Assembly: GCA_964452145.1 (NCBI GenBank)
Contig: CAYVLA010000037.1
Span: 1 to 28,266 of the forward strand
From: Candidatus Hadarchaeota archaeon
GTDB taxonomy: Archaea > CAYQAE01 > CAYVLA01
DNA length: 28,266 nt
Reading direction: 5' to 3'
How positions within the stretch are numbered: the stretch's first letter is position 1; the number at the start of each line of letters is the position of its first letter. The position numbers and the translations under genes are program-made. The notes beneath the pieces are model-generated. The model ran no database searches and was not told the DNA's origin. It worked only from the letters and a program-made list of their open reading frames with translations. Shown in pieces: positions 18,070 through 26,915 of this stretch.

Positions 18070-18084
18070 GGTTAACCCTTTCTT
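18069..18084 (+). terminator. Terminator-like element: 10-bp perfect palindrome GGGTTAACCC followed by TTTCTT
   Basis: Immediately follows the encapsulin TAG stop. A second hairpin GGCAG-GGCCA-CTGCC lies about 35 nt further downstream. Confidence 0.35.
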
Positions 18085-18432
18085 GGAATCGCTCGGCAAA
18101 CGAGGTGGCAGGGCCACTGCCAAGCAGGTCGTCCGCCAGCTAAGGGATATGTGCTAAACCCGGCAGACTCCCCCCATATCCCGTCGAATGAGGCCTGCCT
18201 CTAGGACCCTGCGTTAAAGCAGGAATGGATCCGAACCGTGAGGTGACCGCGGCCGGATGATAGGGATTCCGAGAATCGGATACATCGTGCTTCATTGCGC
18301 CTGCGACAAGGTTACCATTTCAACGGGCGAAGCACGAATTCCGTGGCTAAAGACCTGAACCTTGGCCCAGCCCCGGCCCCGGCCCGGGAACAATTATTAG
18401 GTCACGAGTCCTCTGTCGACACAGGTGATGGC

Positions 18433-19494
18433 GTGGTCACTCTGTATGGTCAGAACTTCACCCGCAACCAGCTCCTGCGACACGTAGGCGACGTTTCCCA
18501 AGTTGGAGGGATAGAGTTGCTGGAACTCGGAGATGGCAGCGAACGGGGGAGCCGAGCGGCGGTGTTCAGAACCGGATCGGGTTTCGAGTTCACGGTCCTA
18601 CCGGACAGGGGGCTCGACATCGCCCACGCCTCCTTCAGAGGGATTCCCATGGGATGGATCTCCCCGACCGGAAGGACCGCGCCGGCCTTCTATGACAGCG
18701 GCGGTTTGGAGTGGTTGAGAGGATTCTACGGGGGACTGCTTGTGACATGCGGGCTGACCTACGCAGGTGCTCCTTGTGTGGACGAAGGGGCGGAATTGGG
18801 TCTCCACGGCAGAGCGTCCAACATACCCGCCAAGAGGCTCTGTTTGGAGGAGCACTGGTCGGGGGATGAATATGACATGGTTCTGTCAGGAGAGGTCTCT
18901 GAGGCAAAGGTCTTCCAGCCCACGATCACCATGAGAAGGGAGATAGCTTCACGGCTTGGCGAATCGAGACTATGGATCAAGGACACCGTTGAGAACGTTG
19001 GCTTTGCCCGTTCCCCCCACATGATCGTCTACCACATAAACATCGGCTTCCCCATCGTCGAGGATGGCTCTAGGTTGATCTGCCACTCTAAGTCTGTGAA
19101 GCCCCGTGATGAGGATGCGAGGGTGGGCCTCTCCGACTGGGCCGTGTTCTCGGGGCCCGTCAAGGATTACCGGGAACAGGTCTTCTACCACGATATGGCC
19201 CCAGATGCCTCGGGGATGGTGAATGTGGGGATCGTTAACGATGCGAGGAAGATCGGTGTCAAGGTCAGCTACAGGAAGGATCAGCTGCCCCGCTTCATTG
19301 AGTGGAAAATGATGGGGGAGGGCACCTATGTCGTCGGATTGGAACCGGCGAACTGCTGGGTGGAGGGCCGTGAGAAGGAGAGGAAGCGGGGAACTCTCCA
19401 GTTCTTGGAACCCGAGGAGAATAGGTCGTACGAGCTGGAGATTGCCTTCCTTGAGGGCAAAGACGCAGCGGAATTCGCTTTCCCCGCGGCCTAG
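18433..19494 (+). CDS. DUF4432/aldose-1-epimerase-like (galactose-mutarotase-fold) protein
   Basis: About 354 aa, beta-rich. Motifs GFEFTVLPDRGLDIAHASF and YHINIGFPI. Start placed at GTG 18433 behind AGGTGA. The listed frame extends to TTG 18295 with no Shine-Dalgarno, so that start remains possible. Confidence 0.45.
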   Translation: MVTLYGQNFTRNQLLRHVGDVSQVGGIELLELGDGSERGSRAAVFRTGSGFEFTVLPDRGLDIAHASFRGIPMGWISPTGRTAPAFYDSGGLEWLRGFYGGLLVTCGLTYAGAPCVDEGAELGLHGRASNIPAKRLCLEEHWSGDEYDMVLSGEVSEAKVFQPTITMRREIASRLGESRLWIKDTVENVGFARSPHMIVYHINIGFPIVEDGSRLICHSKSVKPRDEDARVGLSDWAVFSGPVKDYREQVFYHDMAPDASGMVNVGIVNDARKIGVKVSYRKDQLPRFIEWKMMGEGTYVVGLEPANCWVEGREKERKRGTLQFLEPEENRSYELEIAFLEGKDAAEFAFPAA

Positions 19495-20183
19495 CCGCTG
19501 CGAGAGGAGGCCATATTGAAGAAGTTCTGCAGAATGGTCCTTCCATCCGGATGCCCATCGTCGAAGCATTCGGGGTGAAACTGCACCCCATAGAGAGCCT
19601 TCTCTCGGTGCCCTACGGCTTGGACTCTGCAGTTCTCCGAAGACGCCAGTAGATTAAGGGCCCTAGGAAGGCGCTTAACCTCGCAGTAGTGGGACTCGTG
19701 GACGGTGATCTCACCTCGCATCGCGAGGAACAGGGGGCTCTTTCGAAGGATTCTGACCCGGGTATATCCTCGCTCCTTGTAGTAGCCAGGCATGTAGGAG
19801 GGATGGGGATCCGTCTCTCCTTCCCCGAGCTTCCTAATGGGTCCGACCGCGCCACCGAAGGCCTTGCATATGAGCTGAAGGCCCCCGCAAATGCCCAAGA
19901 TGGGAATCCGGCAGGCCCTGATGGCCCGCAGCGGCTCCTCGAGCTGGGACGAGGCATAGCAGCTCCAGTCGGTCCTGTTGCCGCTTATGATCATGGCTAG
20001 AAGTGGCAGATCCTCGATGTGGCTGTCGAACCAGATGAAGCTTTGGCACAGGCACGCCGCTCCCGACAGCTCCCGGAACTTGCGGCAGTCTCTCCTCACG
20101 CTTCGTAGGTGCCTTGCTCTCTTGGCGCGGCTTAGCAGGGCACGGGGATGCTCCATGTCGAGGTACAGTACGAATCTATCCAT
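19491..20183 (-). CDS. Class-I glutamine amidotransferase-like protein
   Basis: Nucleophile-elbow motif GICGGLQL and GVQFHPE motif. AGGTG Shine-Dalgarno 6 nt upstream. Starts 3 nt after the cupin TAA stop. Confidence 0.7.
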   Translation of the reverse strand: MDRFVLYLDMEHPRALLSRAKRARHLRSVRRDCRKFRELSGAACLCQSFIWFDSHIEDLPLLAMIISGNRTDWSCYASSQLEEPLRAIRACRIPILGICGGLQLICKAFGGAVGPIRKLGEGETDPHPSYMPGYYKERGYTRVRILRKSPLFLAMRGEITVHESHYCEVKRLPRALNLLASSENCRVQAVGHREKALYGVQFHPECFDDGHPDGRTILQNFFNMASSRSG

Positions 20184-20186
20184 CGA

Positions 20187-20570
20187 TTACACCTGGTCCG
20201 AGCAGTCTGTCGGCTCAGGGCTCGGGCCGGGGTTCTTGAGGAAGAAGACGGCAACAACTAGCTTGTCGCCCGAGTCCGGCACGCCGAAATGCTCCACTCC
20301 TCTGGGAACGCGTACGGTATCCCACTTCCTGACAGCTATCCATTTGCCCCCCAGAACGATGTTCCCAGTGCCCTCAAGTACCAGGAATACCTCCTCCATA
20401 TCTTCATGGTGGTGAGGACGGGAATCATTGAAACTCACGACGTGCAGGACTCCCGGCTGCCACTCGTCTCTGAAACCACAGATGCCCGTATCGGGGAACC
20501 CGCTGAATCTAGACACCTGAGCCGTCGCAGGCCGATCATTGACATCCATGACCCTAATGGCTTCGGGCAT
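20187..20570 (-). CDS. Cupin-domain protein
   Basis: 127 aa with cupin beta-barrel motifs (HHHEDMEEVFLVLEGTG...VPRGVEHF). Co-transcribed with the GATase1 gene. Confidence 0.6.
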   Translation of the reverse strand: MPEAIRVMDVNDRPATAQVSRFSGFPDTGICGFRDEWQPGVLHVVSFNDSRPHHHEDMEEVFLVLEGTGNIVLGGKWIAVRKWDTVRVPRGVEHFGVPDSGDKLVVAVFFLKNPGPSPEPTDCSDQV

Positions 20571-20684
20571 GGGCAGATCTCTCTGCCCGGGTTAATAGCG
20601 TTTTCCGACTCGACTTGGATCTGTGATTGGGTACGATTCTGGGATAACACAGACCCGACTTAGATCCGTCGTCCACGCTCACAA

Positions 20685-21947
20685 TCAACCGTCTTCCGAG
20701 TCAACCATCGAATCCAGCAATAGGTTCTTCATCTCGGAACAGACTTCCGGGCGATCGTTCGCGAGGTTGGTCGCTTCCGACGGATCGGCCGCAAGATCGA
20801 ATAGCATCTCGCGGCCGAGCCCCGCCGTCGCGAACACCTCCCCCGGTGAGTAATCACCCGACCACGGGGTGTTTCCAATGGACCTATGATAGATGTACTT
20901 CCATCTGCATGTGCGGACCGCCTTGATCGCCGTGCCTCTGTATTCGCAGAACTCCATGAATACAGCATCATGAATCTTTGACTTGGAGCCTCGCAGAATG
21001 TCTGCTAGGGTGGCTCCATGGCAGGAACGAGGAACCGGCAGGTTGAGAAGATCGAGAAGGGTGGGCATCACATCACAGATCTGCGCCAGACAGTAGAGCT
21101 TGATGTTACCCTTTAGAACGCCGGGCCATGAGAACATCACCGCGGTGCGCATCAGGGGGTCGAATAGGAAAGGAGGCTTCTTACAGAAGAAGTGTTCCCC
21201 GAGGAACACGCCGTGGTCGCCGACCAAGATGGTGATCGTGTTATCCGAAAGGCCCAGCTTGGCTAGAGCATCGCTCAGCCTTCCGATGTTCAGGTCCACG
21301 AAAGCGACCTCACCGTCGTAGAGCGCCATGAGATGGCGCCTTTCCCGCTCCGTCATCTCTGGCTCATACATTCTGGGACAACTAACGTCCCTCCCCGAAT
21401 AGCCCGGGTCAAAGACGGTGTCGAAGGGCTTGGGAGGACGCCAGGGCTCATGGGTGGACTCATAGTCAACCCACAAGAACCATGGGTCCTGGCCGCGCTC
21501 GGCCATCCATTCGATCGCGGCGTCCGTGATACGGGAGGTGATGTGCTCGGCCTGGCCGCCGGGTAGGTGGTTGCTCAATCCTGGACCTGGGCTGGCAGGC
21601 CATACCTGATGGAACCCCCTCTCCAAGCCCCTATCCATTTTGGGCGTGGCTCCGGCCACAAAGCCGGCCTGCGACAGTGACTCGGCCAAGGTGTGTTCGT
21701 CTGGATTCAGAGGCGCATCATTCACCCTCAGACCGTGTGAATGGGGGAAGCGCCCCGTCATTATGCTGGCACGCGAGGGCGCGCTCGATGGCATGGGGCA
21801 GAAGGCCCTCTCCAACATGACCCCGGATTGCGCGATGCGGTCAATGTTCGGGGTCTGGGCTTCCGGGTTGCCCCCGCAGCCCAATCGATCTGGGCGCAAG
21901 GAGTCGACCATTATCATCAGCACGTTTGGGATGTTCAACTCTGTCAT
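20685..21947 (-). CDS. Sulfatase (arylsulfatase family), Ser-type active site
   Basis: N-terminal PNVLMIMVDSLRPDRLG. Active-site signature SAPSRASIMTGR, i.e. S-x-P-x-R-xxxx-TG with Ser, not Cys, at the formylglycine position. Start placed at the ATG giving MTELNIPNVL, as in cytoplasmic sulfatases. The listed frame runs to 22235. Confidence 0.8.
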   Translation of the reverse strand: MTELNIPNVLMIMVDSLRPDRLGCGGNPEAQTPNIDRIAQSGVMLERAFCPMPSSAPSRASIMTGRFPHSHGLRVNDAPLNPDEHTLAESLSQAGFVAGATPKMDRGLERGFHQVWPASPGPGLSNHLPGGQAEHITSRITDAAIEWMAERGQDPWFLWVDYESTHEPWRPPKPFDTVFDPGYSGRDVSCPRMYEPEMTERERRHLMALYDGEVAFVDLNIGRLSDALAKLGLSDNTITILVGDHGVFLGEHFFCKKPPFLFDPLMRTAVMFSWPGVLKGNIKLYCLAQICDVMPTLLDLLNLPVPRSCHGATLADILRGSKSKIHDAVFMEFCEYRGTAIKAVRTCRWKYIYHRSIGNTPWSGDYSPGEVFATAGLGREMLFDLAADPSEATNLANDRPEVCSEMKNLLLDSMVDSEDG

Positions 21948-22262
21948 CCAACCACTTCCCCACGTAACGGCCAATGAATAGATTTCGTGCTCATCGCCAT
22001 TGGTCCGAGACTCCGCTATGACGGGTCTCATTCCCGTCCTTTGGGTAGCCCGGATGGGAGAAGATTCCAGCTGTGATCCGATGCACAAGACCGGGGTTGC
22101 CAGATCTGGAAAGCCACCCGATGACATGGTGCGAGCGCGTTCCTGAAACAAGAGGAGGCATATCATCTCGACGGATATACTGGCAGGCAAGAGAACCGGC
22201 CTTGAGAAACATTTTCGAGGCCGAAACCAGGGCATCTCTCCACAGTGAATCTGAACATCTGC

Positions 22263-23852
22263 ATGGGCTCGCTGTTGGGCTTTCTTCTTTGCGCGGCGCT
22301 GGGAGGCATGGCATCTGGAGTTGAAGTGGGCATATCTGTGAATTCCAGACAGGACTACGGAGACCTAATCTTCCCGCCAGGAGAGCATGTCATCGACTTT
22401 TTGATATCCGGGCAAGGTCAGGAGACGCCATCTTCGATTCTCGAGGTCTCATTGACTCGTCTGCATCATGCCCCTGAGCATCGATTCCAGCACCCCCTTC
22501 CCGAGCTAGACCCCGGTCGGTCCTTCCATGTGTCCATTCCTCTGCGTTTGTTGGATCCCGGGCTCTACTCGGTGGAGTGGAAGATGACCGGATCGAATCT
22601 GGCGGTCGGCGGAAGGGGACCGGACCTCAGAGTGAGCCCCACCACGAATGCCTGGCAGAAATGGCGTCTGGGCGAATGGCCTGGCAATCGAAGCCGCCTG
22701 TTGCTAGCGTTCTACTACCCCTGGTACGGCACCCCGTCGGGTCCAAGCGGGGGCTGGGTCCACTGGAATCCCGCGAGTGGGTACGATTCGACCCATGTAC
22801 CGATCATAGGATTCTACGATTCAAGGTCTGACGATGTGATACGCTACCATGTGCGAGTGGCTAAAAGCGTGGGATTGACCGGCTTCATCTCATCATGGTG
22901 GGGTCCGGGCAACTACATAGATGACGGTTTCTCCAAGCTGCTTGAGATCGGATCGCACGCGGGGTTCAACTGCACTGTCTACCTTGAGAACGCGAACACA
23001 GCGGATGATCTCTACCACCAGCTTCGCTACATCCTGACCCGCTACGGTGCTCAGCCGGGCTTCTTGAGATGGAATGGCAAGCCCGTCGTATTCATATACA
23101 GCAGGGTGATCAATTCGCTCGACCTGCAGATCTTCGCGGAGGTCTTCTCAAGGCTCGAGGCGGAGGGCCTCCCGGCATTCTATCTGGCGGATAGGCTCGA
23201 CGAGAGCTACCTCACGGTCTTCGATGGGATACACAGCTACAGCCCGCTTTCCGTGTTGGGCAAGTACCCCTACCTAGCCCGCAGGTGCAGGGAATTGGGG
23301 AAGGTCTTTGCCGGCACAATAGCACCCGGCTACGACGACACGATCATCAGGCATCCAGGGCTGGTCATCGATAGGGGGAACGGCTCCTACTACCAGGATG
23401 GGTGGGAGATGTTGATGGTCTCACAGCCCGACTGGGTCCTCATCACCTCTTGGAATGAGTGGCATGAGGGAAGCGAGATCGAGCCGAGCTTGGAATTGGG
23501 CGACTTCTACCTCAACCTGACGAGCACGTACTACCGGCTCTTCGAGGCCGGCCAGCTGACGGACAGGCTGGCAGGCCGAATTGACGAGGTCTCCACGCTT
23601 TTCCAGACGTCAAGGGATCTGATCCACGCGGCCGAGTCAAAGGGCATGGATGTTAGATTGATGAGGCGTGACTACTCGATAGCCGAAAATGCGTGGGAAC
23701 GATACGACTATGACCTAGCAAAGATGTACCTGCAGAGAATCGTTAACCGAGGGGAGGAGATCGGGGAGGTTGCAGAACACTTTCTACTCATTCTCTGCCC
23801 GTCGGCGCTGTGTCTGTGGCGATTGCGATCAGATCACGCCGATCCTGCGTAG
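22263..23852 (+). CDS. Secreted glycoside hydrolase family 99-like protein with an N-terminal Ig-like region
   Basis: Signal peptide MGSLLGFLLCAALGGMASG. Motifs FYYPWYG...WVHWN and ITSWNEWHEGSEIEP match GH99 hallmarks as recalled from memory. GTG 22245 is an alternative start. Confidence 0.5.
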   Translation: MGSLLGFLLCAALGGMASGVEVGISVNSRQDYGDLIFPPGEHVIDFLISGQGQETPSSILEVSLTRLHHAPEHRFQHPLPELDPGRSFHVSIPLRLLDPGLYSVEWKMTGSNLAVGGRGPDLRVSPTTNAWQKWRLGEWPGNRSRLLLAFYYPWYGTPSGPSGGWVHWNPASGYDSTHVPIIGFYDSRSDDVIRYHVRVAKSVGLTGFISSWWGPGNYIDDGFSKLLEIGSHAGFNCTVYLENANTADDLYHQLRYILTRYGAQPGFLRWNGKPVVFIYSRVINSLDLQIFAEVFSRLEAEGLPAFYLADRLDESYLTVFDGIHSYSPLSVLGKYPYLARRCRELGKVFAGTIAPGYDDTIIRHPGLVIDRGNGSYYQDGWEMLMVSQPDWVLITSWNEWHEGSEIEPSLELGDFYLNLTSTYYRLFEAGQLTDRLAGRIDEVSTLFQTSRDLIHAAESKGMDVRLMRRDYSIAENAWERYDYDLAKMYLQRIVNRGEEIGEVAEHFLLILCPSALCLWRLRSDHADPA

Positions 23853-24590
23853 ATACTCCATGGAGTCGACGATTCGCTGGTGGGTCTGTTCGAGGGTGAG
23901 GTCCTCCCCCTGTATGCCCTCCATCTCCAAGGTGAACGGGCCGTTGAATCCCAATTTGTTGAGGATGCGGAACACGCCGGGATAGTCCACGATGCCTTGG
24001 CCGAGGGTGGGGAAGTACCAGGTTCTGGGCTTGCCGTTGGTGTCCTTGAGATGAACGCTCGCGACGTATCGTGCCACCTTCTTCAACTCGGTGATGGCGT
24101 CGACGCCTTCGTTGTAGTAGTAGATGTTTGCGGTGTCAAAGTTGACGCGGACGTTAGGGTGATCCGTGGCCTTCACGGTTTTCAGCATCTGGGCGGCGTT
24201 CTGGCACAGATCGGGATGGGTCTCCATCGAGATGACCGTGCCAGTCCTGCCCGCCTCATCCCCCAAACGGGCAAGAATCCCGTAGGGCTGATTCCCTGGC
24301 AGCCCACCCGATTTGGTGCTGCAGAAGATCACCTTGACATCCATCTTCCTAGCAGTCTCCATCGTTTGGATCAGTTCCTTGATCTCCTCCTCTTTTGCGA
24401 GGTCGCATCCCGTCGCTAGCGACGTCGCCCTCAACTCGTGCTGCTCCAGGTCAGCCTGAACGTCCCTGATCTTCTGAGGATCCGGGGGTGAGATCTCCAC
24501 GTTGTGGATCCCTGCCTTGGGCAGGTAGTTGTAAGCGAGATCGGCATACTTCCTGTACGATCCCGGTCTGCAGGCGATTACGTTCTTCAT
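23829..24590 (-). CDS. Sugar phosphate isomerase/epimerase (xylose-isomerase-like TIM barrel), second copy
   Basis: Start at the ATG giving MKNVIACRPGSYRKY. Motifs SVHLKD and FTLEMEG. The listed upstream extension (MRSCTEQDLRVASSRRLRV) is not protein-like. Confidence 0.75.
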   Translation of the reverse strand: MKNVIACRPGSYRKYADLAYNYLPKAGIHNVEISPPDPQKIRDVQADLEQHELRATSLATGCDLAKEEEIKELIQTMETARKMDVKVIFCSTKSGGLPGNQPYGILARLGDEAGRTGTVISMETHPDLCQNAAQMLKTVKATDHPNVRVNFDTANIYYYNEGVDAITELKKVARYVASVHLKDTNGKPRTWYFPTLGQGIVDYPGVFRILNKLGFNGPFTLEMEGIQGEDLTLEQTHQRIVDSMEYLRRIGVI

Positions 24591-25331
24591 ATTACGACGC
24601 CCGAACTGGATTTCGTCCGAATAAGCAAAAAACCAAACGCGGAGCCTTCTCGAGGATGCCACTCTTAAGTCTTGCTCAGTGCAACTGCGCAACTCATCAG
24701 CTATGGATGCGACGCGAGCCGGCCGGGGAAGTATGCGGGCACCGGGCAGTCAGGTCGTTACCCGTCCGTCATGCGATCTGGCCGATCGGCCCCGGCGAAG
24801 TCGGGACCACTTGTCGCGGCGGTTGACCCGAAGGCGATCCGGGTACCTCAACATATCGACGTCCCAGAAGCTGGTGTTCAGGCTAGAATGTCTCACGATT
24901 GCGGAACAGGCCCGATCATTGCAGGGCATCATGTCGGCGCTGCTGATCGTCCTGCTTGTATTGCGCATGCGAAGCATCCACAGATCTCCCAGGTTCGCCA
25001 GGCGGACTCGGCTGGAATCTGACATGCGTTGCTGCTCAGCCAACTCGTGTTGCCGTTCCATGTTCTTGGACCCGGGATGCTGGCCTTTGCCCCGAGGCCG
25101 GTTCCGGCTAGGTCAGCCTGTATTCTCCTCACATGAGGCTCGGCGATTCCCTGAGACCAGCCATTTCAAGTGGTTGATGTCTGTTTCTGGGATTCGTCTG
25201 CCTTCGGCCAGCCCCGACCGGTCGAGCAGATCGAGCATCGAGCGCGAACCAATCAACCATGTCTCAAAGTCCATCGGGCGGGAACACTATTAAGCGGGCT
25301 TTAGACCCTTGATTTTCAGAGAGGATCATAA

Positions 25332-26381
25332 GTGGCCGAGGAGAAGATCGGATTCGGAATCGTCGGCTGCGGCGTCATAGGTCCCTGGCACAGGGAGGCC
25401 ATACAGAGGTCGGGTGGTGCCAAGCTGGTGGCCTGCTGCGACGTAGATGAAGCGAGGGGCAGGAAGTTCGCAGAGGAGAGCGGATCCATTGCCTTCTACA
25501 GAGACTACCACGACTTGGTGAGGGATCCCCGCGTAGAGGCCGTGTCGGTGTGCACCCCGTCAGGCTTACACGGAGCGGTCACGGTAGCCGCCGCGGAGGC
25601 CGGCAGACATGTGCTGTGCGAGAAGCCAATCGAGATCACGAAGAAGAAGATCGATCAGATGATCCGCGCCTGCCACAGGAATGATGTCAAACTTGGATGC
25701 GTCTTTCAGAGGAGGACACAGATGGCGTCCGGGAGGGCCAAGGAGGCCATCGACGGTGGGCTTCTGGGCAGGATGGTTCTAGGGGACATATACCTGAAGT
25801 ACTACCGATCGCAGGCCTACTATCGAAGCGCGGGCTGGAGGGGCACCTGGGAGCTGGACGGCGGGGGCGCACTGATGAATCAGGGCGTGCATGGGATAGA
25901 CCTGGGTCTGTGGATAATGGGCGACGTAAGGTCGGTGTATGGGCGGGCCGACCACCTAGCAAGGGACATCGAAGTCGAGGACACCGCGGTGGCGCTTCTG
26001 GAATACAGGAATGGCGCTTGGGGAGTGTTGGAGGCGACGACGTCCGTGAATCCGGGCGAGTCCACGAAGCTGTCCTTACACGGACAGAGAGGCAGCATAG
26101 TGATAGAGGAGGAAAGAATCGCCAAGTGGGCCATTGCCGAGGGTGAAGATGAGCTGGCAAAACCTCAGAACGTCGTCCTTGAGGGAGAGAAAGACGGAGC
26201 GGCCTCCGATCCAACAGCGGTGGGCGTAGCGGGCCACGTCTTTCTCGTAAATGACTTGGTATCGGCCATAAGGGAAGACAGAGAACCCTTCATAACAGGA
26301 GAAAGCGCAAGGAAATCCGTTGAACTCGTCCTAGCCATCTATGAATCCTCTAGGACTGGCAGACGCGTGTCGATTCGCTAG
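25332..26381 (+). CDS. Gfo/Idh/MocA-family oxidoreductase, second copy
   Basis: Rossmann start IGFGIVGCGVIGPWH. Motifs EKPIEITKKKIDQM and GGGALMNQGVHGIDLGLWIMGDV. GTG start with GAGGA 6 nt upstream. Paralogue of 15654-16646. Confidence 0.85.
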   Translation: MAEEKIGFGIVGCGVIGPWHREAIQRSGGAKLVACCDVDEARGRKFAEESGSIAFYRDYHDLVRDPRVEAVSVCTPSGLHGAVTVAAAEAGRHVLCEKPIEITKKKIDQMIRACHRNDVKLGCVFQRRTQMASGRAKEAIDGGLLGRMVLGDIYLKYYRSQAYYRSAGWRGTWELDGGGALMNQGVHGIDLGLWIMGDVRSVYGRADHLARDIEVEDTAVALLEYRNGAWGVLEATTSVNPGESTKLSLHGQRGSIVIEEERIAKWAIAEGEDELAKPQNVVLEGEKDGAASDPTAVGVAGHVFLVNDLVSAIREDREPFITGESARKSVELVLAIYESSRTGRRVSIR

Positions 26382-26418
26382 GGACGAATCTCGACAGCTT
26401 GCCCCACGGGACATGCCA

Positions 26419-26796
26419 TCAGATCTCCTCGGGGTTCATGCCGATGCTTAGGATGCTGCACGCGAGCACCGGGTTCAGGCCAATGCTCTTCGCTTCCCTG
26501 ACCAGCAACTCCGATTCCGCGCCGGGGTTCACGAAGAGGAGCTTGACGCCCTTCTTTGCTATGTCTCGCAGGAGCGTGGTGCCCACCTCGGGATTCACGT
26601 ACAGGGAGGCAGCATCGAGCTTGCCCGGGACCTCGGCGATCGATCTGTAGGCTCTTAGGCCCTCGATCTCCGTGTCCCGAAGGCTAACCGGGAATACCTT
26701 GTAGCCCTTGGCCTTGTAGGCCCTCACAGCCTTGTTGCTGTATCTGTTCCTGTCGCTTGAGGCCCCGACTATCGCTATGGAACGGAAGCGCTCCAA
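26419..26796 (-). CDS. CoA-binding domain protein
   Basis: Motif SIAIVGASSDRNRYSNKAVRAYKAKGYKVFPV. Start at the TTG giving LERF, behind GAGGTGG. The listed TTG at 26865 is an alternative. Confidence 0.6.
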   Translation of the reverse strand: MERFRSIAIVGASSDRNRYSNKAVRAYKAKGYKVFPVSLRDTEIEGLRAYRSIAEVPGKLDAASLYVNPEVGTTLLRDIAKKGVKLLFVNPGAESELLVREAKSIGLNPVLACSILSIGMNPEEI

Positions 26797-26915
26797 GAAA
26801 CCACCTCGTTGCGGGCAAGCCGCCCCTGGTGCGGCGTAGCCGATCAACCCGTTCTCAGAGGGCAAAGCAAATAAGTGTTGCCCGCTCGAAGAAAGCGCAG
26901 TGGAGTGAGTCAGGT

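Noticed and set aside
18970-19569. 199-aa minus-strand ORF overlapping the DUF4432-like gene, plus the small ORFs 18450-19022
   Set aside because: These are antisense or shadow frames. The sense-strand gene has coherent beta-rich protein character and a Shine-Dalgarno-linked start.
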